DNA from: Mytilus californianus
Lineage: Eukaryota
Direction of reading: 5' to 3'
NCBI RefSeq assembly: GCF_021869535.1
Contig: NW_026262679.1
Coordinates: 87,234,001 to 87,298,000 of the forward strand
DNA length: 64,000 nucleotides
The translations under genes and the position numbers were made by a program. Shown here one piece after another: positions 12,516-25,766 of this stretch (position 1 is its first letter; every line of letters starts with the position of its first letter). The notes under the pieces are model-generated. The model was given only the letters and a program-made list of their open reading frames with translations. It did not search any database and was not told the DNA's origin.

Positions 12516-15288
12516 TGCACCGCCCCCCCCCCCCCCCCCCCAAAAAAAAACCCTCAGAGTTTCGAAAGATTCAACATATTATGAAACTAATGAGGTATGA
12601 CCAATTTTCCATGTATGTGTTCCACTCACAGGGTAAAAAATATATTGTGTTAAAAACCCTACGGGAATTCGAAAACTGTAGAATCTATATAATCCACTTG
12701 TTGCTGAAGAATCAAAATCGTATTCACCGCCACATAACGCTATACTGAACCCAAATTTACAAATTATACACGTTTTGAAAGGACATTATTTACTATGTGT
12801 ACTACTCTTAAAGACAATACATAGAGTAATATCCAACAAAATATTATTTTGGGGAGTTTCCTTCTTATAGATCTTTTTTATAATTAATAACATTTTGCAA
12901 AAAATCTGTTCAAATTACCATATTGAGTCATCTTTTGGCATTTTAAATTTTGTCATCTGTTCTGAAATATTTCAAAATGTACTGGAAATCTAAAAGTACA
13001 CATTTGAATCTATGATACTGTGAACTTCAGTATAGATTGAAGGTCTTTTAGAAAATGGTCCTGGTGTAATATCAATTCAAGGCAAATTAGCCTTACCCCT
13101 TTAATGAAATGAACGTATCAAAGATATCCCATGTCATCCCATGGCTAGAATCGGCCATTTAGGCAACGATATTTTGATCATTGTGATATAGCGATATTTT
13201 ACTGTTTTTTTTTTTTTTAATTTATTCATTTATCATTCTTTGTACGTCGAAATTGATACTATGCCTGATATAGTATCATCAGTAGTCTTGTCTTATTTAT
13301 ATGGATACATGATTACAATTGGAGGGTAGAACAGACAAGAGGGTATACATTTATATATATATATATATTTATATTCATAATTATATGTCTTATATAATTA
13401 TAAATTCATAGTATTTGTATGCTTCTAAAAATAGAATAGCATCCTACAATTAAACTGAAGAGATGAGTAAATGATCATTCCTTTAAAAATACTTCATGTT
13501 TTGTGATTAGTCGTCCTTGTTTAATACCTACGAAAAGGTAACAACTCCCAAAACGAGAGCTGATTTGTTATCAGCTATAGTTAGAGGAGGGGATAAGACG
13601 TCTGTGCAATGCTGTTGCCGGTGTTGCCGCAGAAGTGAGAAGTGAAAAGTACAAGTTCCAGCCCTGGTCGATGGAAAAGTAAAGAATCAGATCTACTCTA
13701 ACATTGTAAAAGTTGAATTTCTAGGCACTTTATGAATATTCTAACGCCTGGTATTTCTTAATCATAAGAAATCAGAAGGACAAGGTATAATTTGCAGTTG
13801 TCACTACACATAGGCATACATAAATTACGTCAGGACTATTACATCGCATATGCAAATATTCACATAAATATGTTATGCTAGTTTAAACATTGTGTTGTGA
13901 ATTAAGAACGTAACAGTTGGTTACCAACGGTCAATCAACACACATCCTGTGCGTTTAAATTTTGACATAGGACATTTGTTTTTTTGTTTATTGTGATTGG
14001 AATAATTACCGTGTTTTGGTTTTAATTCAATTGCATTATTGAAAAAAAATCTAATTATATGGATTCATACCCCCAAAACAATAGTTATAAAAGACACATC
14101 AAATCTTACTGTTATATTACATCCGTGAACAATAAGGTTCCTTGTGGTACTACTAATACTCTGATAAAGACCTTTGCAAGTTAAGCTTTTTTTTTGTATG
14201 GAAATCAATATTTAAATGAAATGATTGTTGTGTGTCAGGACATTTCCTTTGAGAAAAAGTTTATTGTGCATTTTTTTCCAGCTGAAATTTATTTAAAATG
14301 TTGACAATATATTTCAGTCGATCATTGTCTCTGGTAAATGTTGTTTAACCTTTGTCTACAACCTTTAAGTTATTAAGAATGCATTCAATTGATATTGATT
14401 CCTATAGTGTTTTTCCTATCAGTATTCAACAATATCCTGGTCAAAATAACCAAGCATTCAAGGGTATCATTGTGTTAGCGAAAATCATATTGTCAATACT
14501 TGTGATGTTTTATAAAATCACGGGTGATAATAATCGTGTTATCAAAAATGTTTTGTATTGGTTTTATTATTCGTTGCACACCAATACATGTAAAGTTTCA
14601 AATGACACACGACTGTCCCGACTTAAGTCTTGTTATCAATTACGTCAATGCTATTTGTGTCACTCAAAGTCAATTATCTACGACCTGACATCTGCTCCTT
14701 CCAGGAAATGTCGTTTCTTTTGCTTGTAATCCAGCGATATTACTTTAATGATCAAATTAGTCCGGAGATAACCTAAGTACGTCGTCTTCTTCTGGATTAT
14801 TGAGACATTAATGGAATCCCAGCAGACACGATAAATCACCTTACTCTTACTTAACTGTAGTCCTGGCAGCATTTCGTCGTTGCACCGATGGTCTTGCAGA
14901 GATCAACTGAATATATTGTATCATTAAAAATAATTATATACCATATCAATAATGAAAATACTTATATAGGATTTTTTTTCCATATTACGAATAGATCATT
15001 ATGATTCGTATTTTTAAACAAAGAAGTTATTATGTCCCTACAGAAGATGTTACAAAAAGGTACCATGCAACACTTGTTTCTGGGATAATTCGTATGGTAT
15101 ATGCTTCTTACAAAAAGTTTGGCATGCCAAATTAATGAAAACGTTTTAGAGAATAAAACCAAAAGCGCGTCAATATAACAGCCAAAACCGTATAAGGTCA
15201 AAATTTCCCAGAGAAGTTGCAACCTAAGTTTTAGCACAATTACATTATATACAAATTTGACAAAACAAACAGAATGTGACGTTTAAAT

Positions 15289-15351
15289 GATGTCAGTACC
15301 GAAGCACATGCTACTGGTATTCCTCCGGCAGTTGTAGCGACCCAGTGGTAG
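15289..15351 (-). mobile_element. Retrozyme fragment with only the structured module (internal deletion)
   Basis: Reverse complement ACCACTGGGTCGCTACAACTGCCGGAGGA..CCAGTAG..GTGCTTCGGTACTGACAT aligns to 53985-54064. Confidence 0.6.
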
Positions 15352-15749
15352 AAAAGTGCAAATTGTATCAACACTTTATTATGTACTACTATTGAATTAT
15401 TGTCTTCTACTGTACTCTTATTCGCTGACATCTTTTCCGTATGCAGCAAACTTAACAAATATACCTCTCGCAAGAAATTCTTCACCTACACAGAGCAAAT
15501 ATGAAGTGGAAAACCTTTATGGAAGAAAAGGTAAACAAACGTGGACAGAAGATACTATTTACCGATTCTGAAAGAAAAAAATAAACACATAACATATAAA
15601 ATCATCTAACAAAGATAACCTAACAATTGGCAACGCATGAAAAATGGATCTTTAAAATAGAAATCATTCTTTCATGTCACTTATTTTTCGCGTGTTTCAT
15701 GTTTCTGTATTGTTTTTTTTTTTGGTTTTTTTTGTCCTTTATTGTGTGC

Positions 15750-15852
15750 AAATTCGTACTTTATTTTACCTTTATGACTTTTTCGATTCGAGCATTACTG
15801 ATGAGTCTTAGGTACACGAAACGCTCGCTTGGTATATATGATGGAGTTTATT
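15750..15852 (+). mobile_element. 5'-truncated retrozyme family 1 copy with damaged hammerhead at 15792-15835
   Basis: GAGCATTACTGATGAGTCTTAGGTACACGAAACGCTCGCTTGGT; ends GAGTTTATT. Confidence 0.75.
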
Positions 15853-16007
15853 AGTAAGGTCACAATCAGTAAACTTTGGCAACAAATACCGAAAGTTAAT
15901 TAGAACCCACAGTTTTCGATCAATGAATTAAATATGCTTTGTCGATTATACTTTATTGATCCGTAATAAATGTTTTGAAAAAGTGCATTGTTTAGTATAT
16001 ATGTATG

Positions 16008-16150
16008 AGAGAGGCGAAAGATACCATAGGGACATTCAAACTCATAAGTCGAAAATAAACTGACAACGCCATGGCTAAAAAGAAAAAGACCAACATATAA
16101 ACAACAGTACACAAAACACAACATAGAAAAATAAAGACTGAGAAACAGGC
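16008..16150 (-). repeat. PLE type D terminus
   Basis: GAGAGGCGAAAGATACCATAGGGACATTCAAACTCATAAGTCGAAAATAAACTGACAACGCCATGGC is the reverse complement of 3215-3265-type sequence. Confidence 0.65.
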
Positions 16151-16799
16151 CACAGATGTTCCATGGACATATCACATATCAGTAGATTGTATTTATATTT
16201 TTGAAATCCGTTTTTTCCCCCAGTGTTTTTGTTCGAATTGCCATTATGGCTTCACACTTCTCGCTTTTAGTGAAAAAACGCAAATTCTGCCATAATTGTT
16301 TCATTTTGAGTTGTACACATTAATATTTAGATATGAACCAAGGCCTTTACTTTAAAAGATAATTTGTTATAAGATATTTTATTCAAATATATGATGTGGC
16401 AGAATATATGTTTTGGCAATGCTTCGGCTGATATTAAATTTAGCCCAAATTTTGGTGTCAAATGGTCATTTAAAATCAAATAGGTAAATTTCAGCAAATA
16501 GGCATAATTTTAAAATCTTAATACTAGATGTCAACAGATTAATTATTATGAGAACTCATTTGTAATGTATTCTGCGAAACCCATTCACATTTTACTGTAG
16601 TGCCAACAGATCATAGGAAAAATCGATTTTAAATCGCTGAATATTTGGTACATATTCCAAATAGATATACTAAATTTGAACATTGGCAAACTACTATTGC
16701 CTAAGAATTGTATTAAGTCATCTTATCGAATACTACACGTAAAAATAGCCATGTGCATGCACAAACCATATTTCAATTTCTCCTTGAAAAACCACATTA

Positions 16800-19215
16800 C
16801 AAAAGTTTTACTGTGCTGTTAACTCTTTCACTTACTTCTATCAAAGAACTTGTTATTAATTTTTGTAAAAGAGTAGAGCATATGAAAAAATGGTATTATT
16901 TATGTTTGGAGTGTCAAAAACTCTTTACATGTTTTGGATAAATTACATGCTTTTCAAGTTCCGTTCAATTCGTTTGATAGTTATGACAGTTCGATTCAGT
17001 ACACTACATTTCCACATAATCTTATCAAACAGAAGTTAACTTATTTAATTAAAGGTACTTTGGAAAATCTGATTGCAGATTTATTTGCTGCAACTCATGA
17101 AAAGACTTCTTTCGTAATGAGAAAAGGAAATATATTAGATATACTTACTGTGATGACATGACTTAAGCTGTTAATTTTCTCCTTGGCAAAATCAATGTAC
17201 GTTTCGGCAATAAAGTTTGTGAACAGGTTGTATGAATTCCTATAGTCATACTTGTTCTTATATATTGTCAAGAACCAAAGCTTATGACATAACTCTAGAT
17301 TACTTTTGATTGATAAATTCAAAAACATTTAACGTTATCTTGGTGTTATTTTTGCTTGAATTATAAGAATTTTCTATTTTTACTGCGACAATTTACACAA
17401 GGAAACTTACTTTTCATTTATCTAATACAAGCAGCAATAATTGTTCATTTGTAGATGATTTGGATATTTCAGTTTCCAACGGGAAACGATATCCTAAAAT
17501 TTTATGACATAGTAGACGATTTTTCGTTTCCTATTGTTACTTTTCCCTTTCTGGACAGTGATCATCCGTTGATCCCTTCTTACGGTATGTTTATTTCACA
17601 ATTTTTTCGCTGATGCCCGTGTGTGTAGTGATGTTTAAAATTCCAATGAACATAATTTATGTATTACTGGTATATTGATAAGAATCCGACATCATTTGAA
17701 TTAAAACATCTTATATTCAGTAAAATATATGTGAAATTACAATACGTTGTTATCGAGTTTCCATGGAAGATATCCTAAAACATTATTCTTTTGAATAAAG
17801 AAGACTTTTCAAAAGATACATTGATTATCTCCGATGGAAACTTCCTAACAACGTATTGTAATTTCACACATATTTTACTGAATATAAAATGTTTTAATTC
17901 AAATGATGTCTGATTCTTATGAATATAGAAGACTTTTCGAAAGAAAAATTGTATGAAAACTTAGTTTGGACATTTTTATAGCAATTCGAAATTACTAACT
18001 ATCACCTTTAGCATGACAATAACAATAAAATTTCTATACAAACTGTTAGATTAATTTTTCATAATATCATTGAAGTGGATTTAAAGTCTTATAGGATTGT
18101 AAGTATGCTTTATTTTAACACCTTGCAATTTCACGACTTGACTGTTTTCTACAGCAGTTTGTTCAAATTTCTGACCAGTTGAACAGTTTGGTTTTATAAA
18201 ACAAATTGCAATTTGGTCAGAATTTTGAATAAGTTGCAATAGGTGGAGAGCAACACTTACAGTCAAGTCACAGTAAAACTTTTACTAAATTCTTTCAAAG
18301 AAACAAAAATCTGGTTTGGAAATTTGGCTGTACCTGTAGAAATCTTATTAAAAACGGGATATCACATCCCATTTTTTAAGTTGTTTATATGACAGCCATG
18401 TAAACTCATTAATCGTTTGAATTAACTTATTCTTAAAGGTTATCAATTTAACACCGTAGTTAAATCTTTAAATATTGTTTTTATCGGTACTAACATCGTT
18501 TTATTGTTGAAAAATTAAAACATAACTAAATATATATCTACAGTTATGAGTTCTGAAGACCCTACATCCTGTCGATACTGTTTATTTATATTCTGGCATT
18601 GCACAACGTTTTTCAGACTTTTTATGTCGTCTTTACACTAAGTCTGTTAGATGTGTACTGATTAATACTTTAGTCTGGGAGAACATGATTTATTAATTTA
18701 GTTGTAATCACATTTGAACTATCTTTCAGTAACTGCGAGTACTCCTATACCAAGGCTTTTTGTGTACTGTTTTTATGTTAGTTGTTTTTAGTGCATCGTA
18801 CCAATTTATTGAGTTATGCCATTTGCAACTGAATTTTACAGTTTGTTCATATTCTGTGCTGTTACATCACTGTTTAAATGTAGGGGAGATTTGAGCGCTC
18901 ATAAACAAGTTTAACCCCACCACATTCTTAATGTTCTTTTCCCAAGTCAGGAGCCTGTAATTCAGTGGTAGTCGTTGGTCCATGTCTGTCATATTTGTTT
19001 TTCGTAAATTGTGGTGTTATACATTTGGCCGATAGTTTTCTCGTTTGAATTGTTTCACATTTTTGATATGGGGACCTTTGATAGCTGACTATACGGTATG
19101 CTTTTTTTTCTCATTGTTGGGGGCCGTATGAAGAATTATAACTGCTTACATCTACGTCATTGAAACTCTGGTTGCTAATTGTCTCATTGGCATTCATACC
19201 ACATTTCCTTACATT
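16800..19215 (+). mobile_element. Old, interrupted Penelope-like element (subfamily I): RT pseudogene plus type A 3' UTR
   Basis: Peptide remnants YTTFPHNLIKQKLTYLIK (ORF 16934-17161) and DDFSFPIVTFPFLDSDHPLIPSYGMFISQ (about 17516-17560). The segment at 18318-18530 matches the end of ORF 28958-29377. The type A terminus is at about 19215. Unrelated DNA lies at about 17170-17390 and 17680-18310. Confidence 0.75.
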
Positions 19216-20954
19216 TATTTTGAAAAGGTGCATGCATTTGTCACTGTACATGTCTATCTAACCTTGTTTGTCGAATGTGTTTAATGTTGTCTAAATAACA
19301 TGTTTACACGGAGAATTAATCAAGTGCTTACCAATGTTCTTCGAACTTTCATACAGAAGATGATGCTTCAACACCTAACATTATGAGAATTACACTGGTC
19401 GTATTCATTCTCATTTACTATACTCAAACTAAACTTTGGTAAACCTTACATAGCAGAATTCAATATGTCATAACTATTTAGTATGCCCTTTGTTTGACTT
19501 TGAAACCTATTCAAACCGATTCAGAATCCATCGCCGCAGCTTAATGAACGGGGTACCATTGAGATAATGTTCAACATATTCAACAAAATGTCCTATTAAG
19601 ATGTACTGACTTCTTATGAACATCTAAATGCCCTATTAAGATGTAATGACTTCTTATGAACATCTATCTTGAAAAGACTTTCGAAGACATGCTATCAGTG
19701 TTATTTAAAGCTTTACCCTATTATATTCTGAAATTAACATATTTTGGTGTTCTGTTGAATTTTTTTTTAAAGTTAACCTCCATTTAATCACTTTTTTAAA
19801 TACTTGAAACACTTGAAATAATAAAAAAAATATGCGTTTTATGTTATTAAGTTTCTATGAATCCATTGCATTGTCATTAGATATATATTTTATCAGCAAC
19901 ACAGTAATATTTTTAATTGTTTCATATGAATTATATCATAATCCACCCCATAAAAATACTTAACATTTTATACAACAGAACACATTAAATGAAATATTAT
20001 GTCATCTTTACTTTTAAGAAGCAATCCGTTCGTGTGAGTGTACAAATTAACTCAATGTATGGTTATTGCTTTTATTTGATACATAATATCATCTTCTAAT
20101 GGAATGTAATATTTGACAAATTTTCTTATTTTATAATTTATTTTACATTATTGTTATGCAATTATACTTATTTTGTTAGTTGTAATATATGCGCTCCGAT
20201 CATCACAGAGGAGACACTATCGTCGAAATGCGCATCTGGTGCAATGAAATTGGTACCGTTGATGTTATTTCTTTTAAAGCTATCATTCCCTGTACTAAGA
20301 TGATGAACATTGTTCCAATTATGTGTGTAAGTTGCACTTTGTAAATATAGCTGATTCACAAACCGAACAGCATGCGATTATTTATGAAATTTCATAATAA
20401 AGTGGTACAGTTTTAGAGATAAAGGAGTTCCTATGGGATATTGTATTGTCAATATTTACTGAATCTTTGAAACGAGAACACCCTTCCTTTCTGTTTCTTC
20501 CTTGAGACCATATCATAGTGAGTGCCTATAAATCCTACATTAATATAATTAACCTCAACAAACCTCAACATTCAGTGATGAACATTCATTGAAAAAAAAA
20601 CAGACCACGTCGCCAATTTTTATCTTTGTCTTTTTCCACCATGCTTACATGTAGATGGTAGACAAGTATATTTATTTGTAATATTTATTATGTTTTCATT
20701 GAATTAAGTATAATCATTCATCAAACCTTTTAGGATTTCGAACTCTATAAATTCTTGCCGAACTACATATTTTCGGATAATTGTTATATTATAAATGATA
20801 TAGATGTGTACGATAAAAAAAAAGATATAACGGTAATATACCAATGTTCAAGTCTCATTGGTCTATTTGAATAAACAAACCAAGTGATATTGATCAACCC
20901 CAAAAGGAGCTTTAATGGGTGCGTCATGCATGCTTAATCGGTACTAATAATGAT

Positions 20955-21690
20955 TGTGTTATTAAAAAAATAAAACATAACTTAATATATATCGCTATAT
21001 CGCTATATATGTACAGTTATGTGAACTTATGATCCTACATCCTGTCGATACTGTTACTTATATTTTGGCATTGCACAAGGTCATGCGTTTCTCAGACTGA
21101 TCATAAAGTCTTTACACTGAAACCGTTGGGTGTGTACTAATTGATACTATAGTCCGGGAGAACATGATATATTAGTTGTAATTGGCTTTGGACTATCTTT
21201 CAGTCGCTGCGAGTACTTTTATTTCGGTGCGTTGTGTCTATTTTCTTTATGTTAGTGGTATTGTGCCTTGTTCCGATTTTTTTAGTTAAGCAAATTGCAA
21301 CTGATTTTTACAGTTTGTTCTTTTTTTTGTGCTGTAACACCTCTGTCCAAGGTTAGAGGGATGGTTTAACTATCAAAAGCACATTTAACCCCGCCATATT
21401 ATGTGTGTGCCTGTCCCAAGATTAAGCCAAGAGCCTGTAGTTTACTTGTTGTCTTTGGTTTATATTTGTCATATTTGTTTTTCTAAAAATGTTTTGTTAT
21501 GAATTATGCCATTTGTTTTCTCGTTTGAATGGTTTTATATTTTCCATGTCTTGGCCTTTAATAGCCGACAATACGGGTTTTTCTCATCGTTGAAGGCCGT
21601 ATGGTTGCCAATAATTGCTTACTACCACTTCATTTTAACTCGGGTGGACAGTTGTCTCATTGGCAATCATACCACATCTCCTTATTTTTA
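20955..21690 (+). repeat. PLE subfamily I 3' UTR (type A), from the ORF stop region to the terminus
   Basis: AAAACATAACTTAA..CCTACATCCTGTCGATACTG..CTGCGAGTACT..ACCACATCTCCTTATTTTT, colinear with 18515-19215. Confidence 0.8.
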
Positions 21691-21697
21691 TAATGAT

Positions 21698-21930
21698 AAA
21701 GGCAACAGTAGTTCATCGATGTTTAAATCTCATAAATAGACGAAGATGATAAATCAATATAACAAACAAAAACTGACGGAATCGCATGAACAGAAGCAAG
21801 ATCAGGTGAGTCGACAGGGTAAGTGTTTCCTGATATGTATGCATCGCCAGCAATGCGAATTCATACTTAGTCAAAATGGCACAATCGGAAAACAATTACA
21901 GATTAGACGACTATTCTGGTATCTAAGACT
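21698..21930 (-). repeat. PLE 3' end, type E (C-like terminus), inverted relative to the adjacent RT fragment
   Basis: Starts AAAGGCAACAGTAGT (reverse complement of the C terminus). Contains GCAATGCGAATTCATACTT, homologous to 50781-50800, and is similar to 53670-53795. Confidence 0.6.
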
Positions 21931-21934
21931 GCGA

Positions 21935-23290
21935 TTACATGTTGCTAGTGAGTTTAAGTTTACTTTCAGATATATTGATGATGTCCTATCACTGAATAAC
22001 CCATGTTTATGCCAATACTTACATCTCATATATCCCAGTGAACTCGAAATTAAGGATACTACTGATACTAGAAGGACTGCTTCATACCTTGATCTTTTCC
22101 TCAATATTGACACAGATGGACGACTTCACACTCTCTCACATATCTCAGTTGATACGTTATGCTCGTGCATGTTCACACTATACGGACTTCATATACAGGA
22201 GTGTGTTCCTTATGCAGAAACTGCTCCAACAAAGTTATGAGGAGGAAAGATTAAAAATGACACTCCGTAAATTTTATGGACACCATCACGAATTGGTTGA
22301 TCCATACGATGTGTCTGTGTCTAAACTAACTAAGGACATTTTTACCACGTCTTAGATTGTGTATTACCATTTACGTCGTCTGGTCTTTTAAGTACCGAAC
22401 ATGACCTATTCCCGAATATGACTGTTTTGCTGAGTGTGAATTCGCATTACAATAAGACGTGTCGCGGTATTTGTTATCCAACATTCATGTATTTAGTTAT
22501 GATGTTGTATTTGCAATTCTGATCGGATATTGTTAAATGTCTTATCGTTTGTAGGTGTAATTCTATCCCCTTTTCTTATTTTCTATTCGTATGTAAAAGT
22601 AAAGATAATTAATCACCCAGTTCATTTCTAAGATTTTAGTTTAAAGCAACTATATGTACACTTTTTGTTTTACAGTTTGATTTAGAAATAATACCGACAT
22701 AGCTAGAACATACAATTACTTATCTAATTACTAACAGAATTCTATATTTTTTTAGAAATTTACTTGTGACGTCACTTTGTGGTGTTGACCCAGTCGTGTG
22801 AAAGACAGTTCGTAGTTCTGTTGTGCTGTTTTGTGTGCTGTCCTATGTTGTTTTGCATGTTCGTTTTTATTCTGCGGATAGCATGTCGAAATGTACTATT
22901 GTATTGTTTATTTGTGTATTTCTCTGTCCTGAATGTTCTTGCATTTATTTGAACTGTATCCCTGTCATGTAATGGTGTCATTTTAGTGTTATATTTAACA
23001 TTGCCATAAAAGTGCGAGGTTTGGCTAGCCACAAAACCAGGTTCAACCCACCATTTTTTCTTAAAATGTCCTGTACCAAGTCAGGAAAATGGCAGTTGTT
23101 ATCTTATAGTTCGTTTCTGTGTGCGTTGCATTGTCGTTTGTTTTTTGTTCACTTCAGTGTTTCTGTTGTTTCGTTGTTTTCCTCTTATAGTTGATGTGTT
23201 TCCCTCGGTTTTAGTTTGTAGCCCGGATTTGTTTTTGTCTCAATCGATTTATGACTTTCGAACAGCGGTATACTACTGTTGCCTTTATTT
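21935..23290 (+). mobile_element. 5'-truncated Penelope-like element (subfamily II): RT pseudogene plus type C 3' UTR
   Basis: FTFRYIDDVLSLNN..IYPSELEIKDTTDT..ASYLDL (ORF 21746-22240), frameshifted into ISQLIRYARACSHY..KDIFTTS (ORF 22038-22355). An internal deletion removes the YDKRDDF block. The terminus is CTACTGTTGCCTTTATTT. Confidence 0.85.
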
Positions 23291-23800
23291 AGACACAGAC
23301 ATATCGTATCGTGTGCACAATGCATGATTGTGACTGTAATTAACTTATGTAGTGCCGATATCTAGACTGACAAAAAGTCGAGATAGGGAATAGGAAACAA
23401 ACGGTTAATTTACAGATCAAACGACTATTCTATTATCTTAAGGAAAAAAAACGTGAAAAATATGTCTTTCTTGAGTTAATATTCTCAACTCGTCAGAGAT
23501 GGAGACTTTTATAGTGTCGATGTTAGTCGTTCTACTTCTTAACCCTACTGTAGCAGTATTTGACATCATCAATATACGTGAAATTGAAAAAAATAAAAAT
23601 ATCACTTGAAAAACTTTGTCTTTCTTTCGTAATTTATATGTTTTCGTCTTTGATAACAAGAATACGTATGCGCTTTGTCGTGCTAAGCATAACCCTACTC
23701 GCAATTCAAAGTATGGGCAAACAGGAAGTGGGTTTCTGACAGTTCCGGAAATTGCTCACACGTTACAAATTATCACAACCAAGCTGTTGAATAAATATGA

Positions 23801-24325
23801 AAGGAGGAGGTCCGGTAAGGGCTAATTTTGGCAGAAAATTTGAAGTACATCTGATGAAAGATTTTCGACATTTTTCAAACACTAAAGTGTCTACGTCGTT
23901 CGATTCAATTAGTTTATGTACGAGATTTGAACTGATTTGGTCATTAAAGATGCTAAAATTCAAGCTTCAAATGAAAAATTTATCAAATATGCCATGAAAC
24001 GTCACTTTTCAGTTATGTTATGTATAAATCATCAAATACAGCATGTATTTAAATATCTAGACTGTACACAAGTGCGGCACTTTCATTTTAGAGAAAAACA
24101 GTCTCAAAATAAGCACAAATGCTAAAATTGTGAAGATTTCAGTCATTTTACATGAGCAACTGATGCTAGTACTTGATGAATGTGCATTGTATTGTCAAAA
24201 CAGTCCATTTTTATGAAACTTAAGTACTTTACTTTCCAATAAATAGCTAAAGGTTTACATTTTAAACAAATTGCAAAAATGCTATGTTTTGGAGCCAAAA
24301 AGGGGTCTTATCGGGCCTACTCCTT
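23801..24325. mobile_element. Non-autonomous DNA element with imperfect terminal inverted repeats of about 32 bp
   Basis: Left end AAGGAGGAGGTCCGGTAAGGGCTAATTTTGGC; right end reverse complement AAGGAGTAGGCCCGATAAGACCCCTTTTTGGC; no coding capacity. Confidence 0.65.
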
Positions 24326-24973
24326 TGTTCTGTTTTGTAATTCTAAAATCCGAAAAGTTCTCACACGTTACGACCCGTCATTGTCAATCTGCTGGTCAAA
24401 TATGAAGTCATTCTGTTAAGCAGTTACTGAGTAAAGTGTGACGGAACTATGTTTTGATTGAACTTCCGAAAAATGGATGGACGGTCAAGATGAATACAAA
24501 GAAGCTGCATTGCAGCAGAGTTGGAATATAAAAACAAAATTTGAGTACCTGAAACAACCATTTCTCATGTCTTGAAAATTGGTAAATAGGATTTTTTTTA
24601 CACACAAAAACATCAAAAACAAAAACCCAATAATTGATGTGTGTATAGTTAGTAATTTATTCTTGTTATACAATTTTCTTACATTTATTCTGCGAAGAGG
24701 AATGGAAATATTTATCAAACCTGTCATTCGTAATTAACTAAAGAGACACGAAAGATTGCACGACTGATATCTTTAAACGTTTAGTGGCTACGGAAATTTA
24801 AAACCCAAAAATTCTACTTTGAGTTTGAACTAATTGTTTGACATCTGTTATCAAATTTGTGGATTTTGCTTTTTATTTGTCTAACAACGTGTATTTCTTG
24901 TATTTCTTGTCCACGTGTTCTGAAATCCGTTTTACGTATGCATACTGTCAGATATCAGATTAATTAACTACCT

Positions 24974-25112
24974 GTTTTGCCTACAAAGGACTCATCAGTG
25001 ACGCTCGAATCAAAAAAGTTAAAAACTCCAAATAAACTACGAAGTTTAAGAGCATTAAGGACCCAAAATTCCGAAAGGTTTTGCTAAATACAGCTCAGGT
25101 AATCTATTCATG
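24974..25112 (-). mobile_element. Retrozyme family 1 fragment with truncated, inactive hammerhead
   Basis: Reverse complement GAGCGTCACTGATGAGTCCTTTGTAGGCAAAAC. GAAA is lost and stem III and the stem I 3' strand are missing. It lies about 650 bp downstream of the GPCR stop. Confidence 0.8.
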
Positions 25113-25766
25113 GAAATGGGCCGTCTAAGGGGTATATGCCAAATGTGATTTATTTAATCCCATTTGTCTTTATTATTTTCCCACAAATACTTTCTATCAC
25201 TCTTACTTGTAGCAACCATTGGTGGTAACAAACACATTCCGAAAGGGGAACCTCCGTAAGACTTATCCACCAAGCTATAGCCCTTTTTATACTGTTTTTG
25301 TAGTAGAATAAGTTTTACTCTTTAATTTTGCTGTAGTAAAGGCAATCATATCGGCGAAGCTTCAGGTAAATTGGCAATACATTTTGAATAAGGAGATGAT
25401 AGAAAACATAAACTCCTAAGAAATAACAAATGATGGGTTCCGTCCAGATTAATTCATAATCATGCAAGACAGAATATACTGATTTGATGATAGTACCTCT
25501 CACAGCCTTATGTTATGTGTGAGGTCGCCTAAAATATTGCTTAATTAAAACAAGAGATCGTTACATGTAAAATACAAACACAATATACCTCTAGCATACC
25601 TTTAATTTCAACTGCCATTTCATTATTTAAAAATTGCCATTAATTACAAGTTCTGTTTTTATTCAAATATCATATGAATCTATACTCAGCCTTCACTGCT
25701 TTAGTTGCACTGTTTTCTGAAATTTTATGAGTCGGGTTTATTTCAGTGAATTATTTTCCATTTGTA

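Noticed and set aside
8800-13200. Minus-strand splice-like signals (acceptors about 9084 and 8918, donors about 9027 and 13096) suggesting a small gene
   Set aside because: Joining the candidate exons gives no continuous frame or recognisable protein, and such signals are common in AT-rich DNA. RNA data are needed.
25149-25742. Polyadenylation signals for the GPCR
   Set aside because: Several AATAAA hexamers occur on the minus strand, as expected at this AT content, and none can be singled out.
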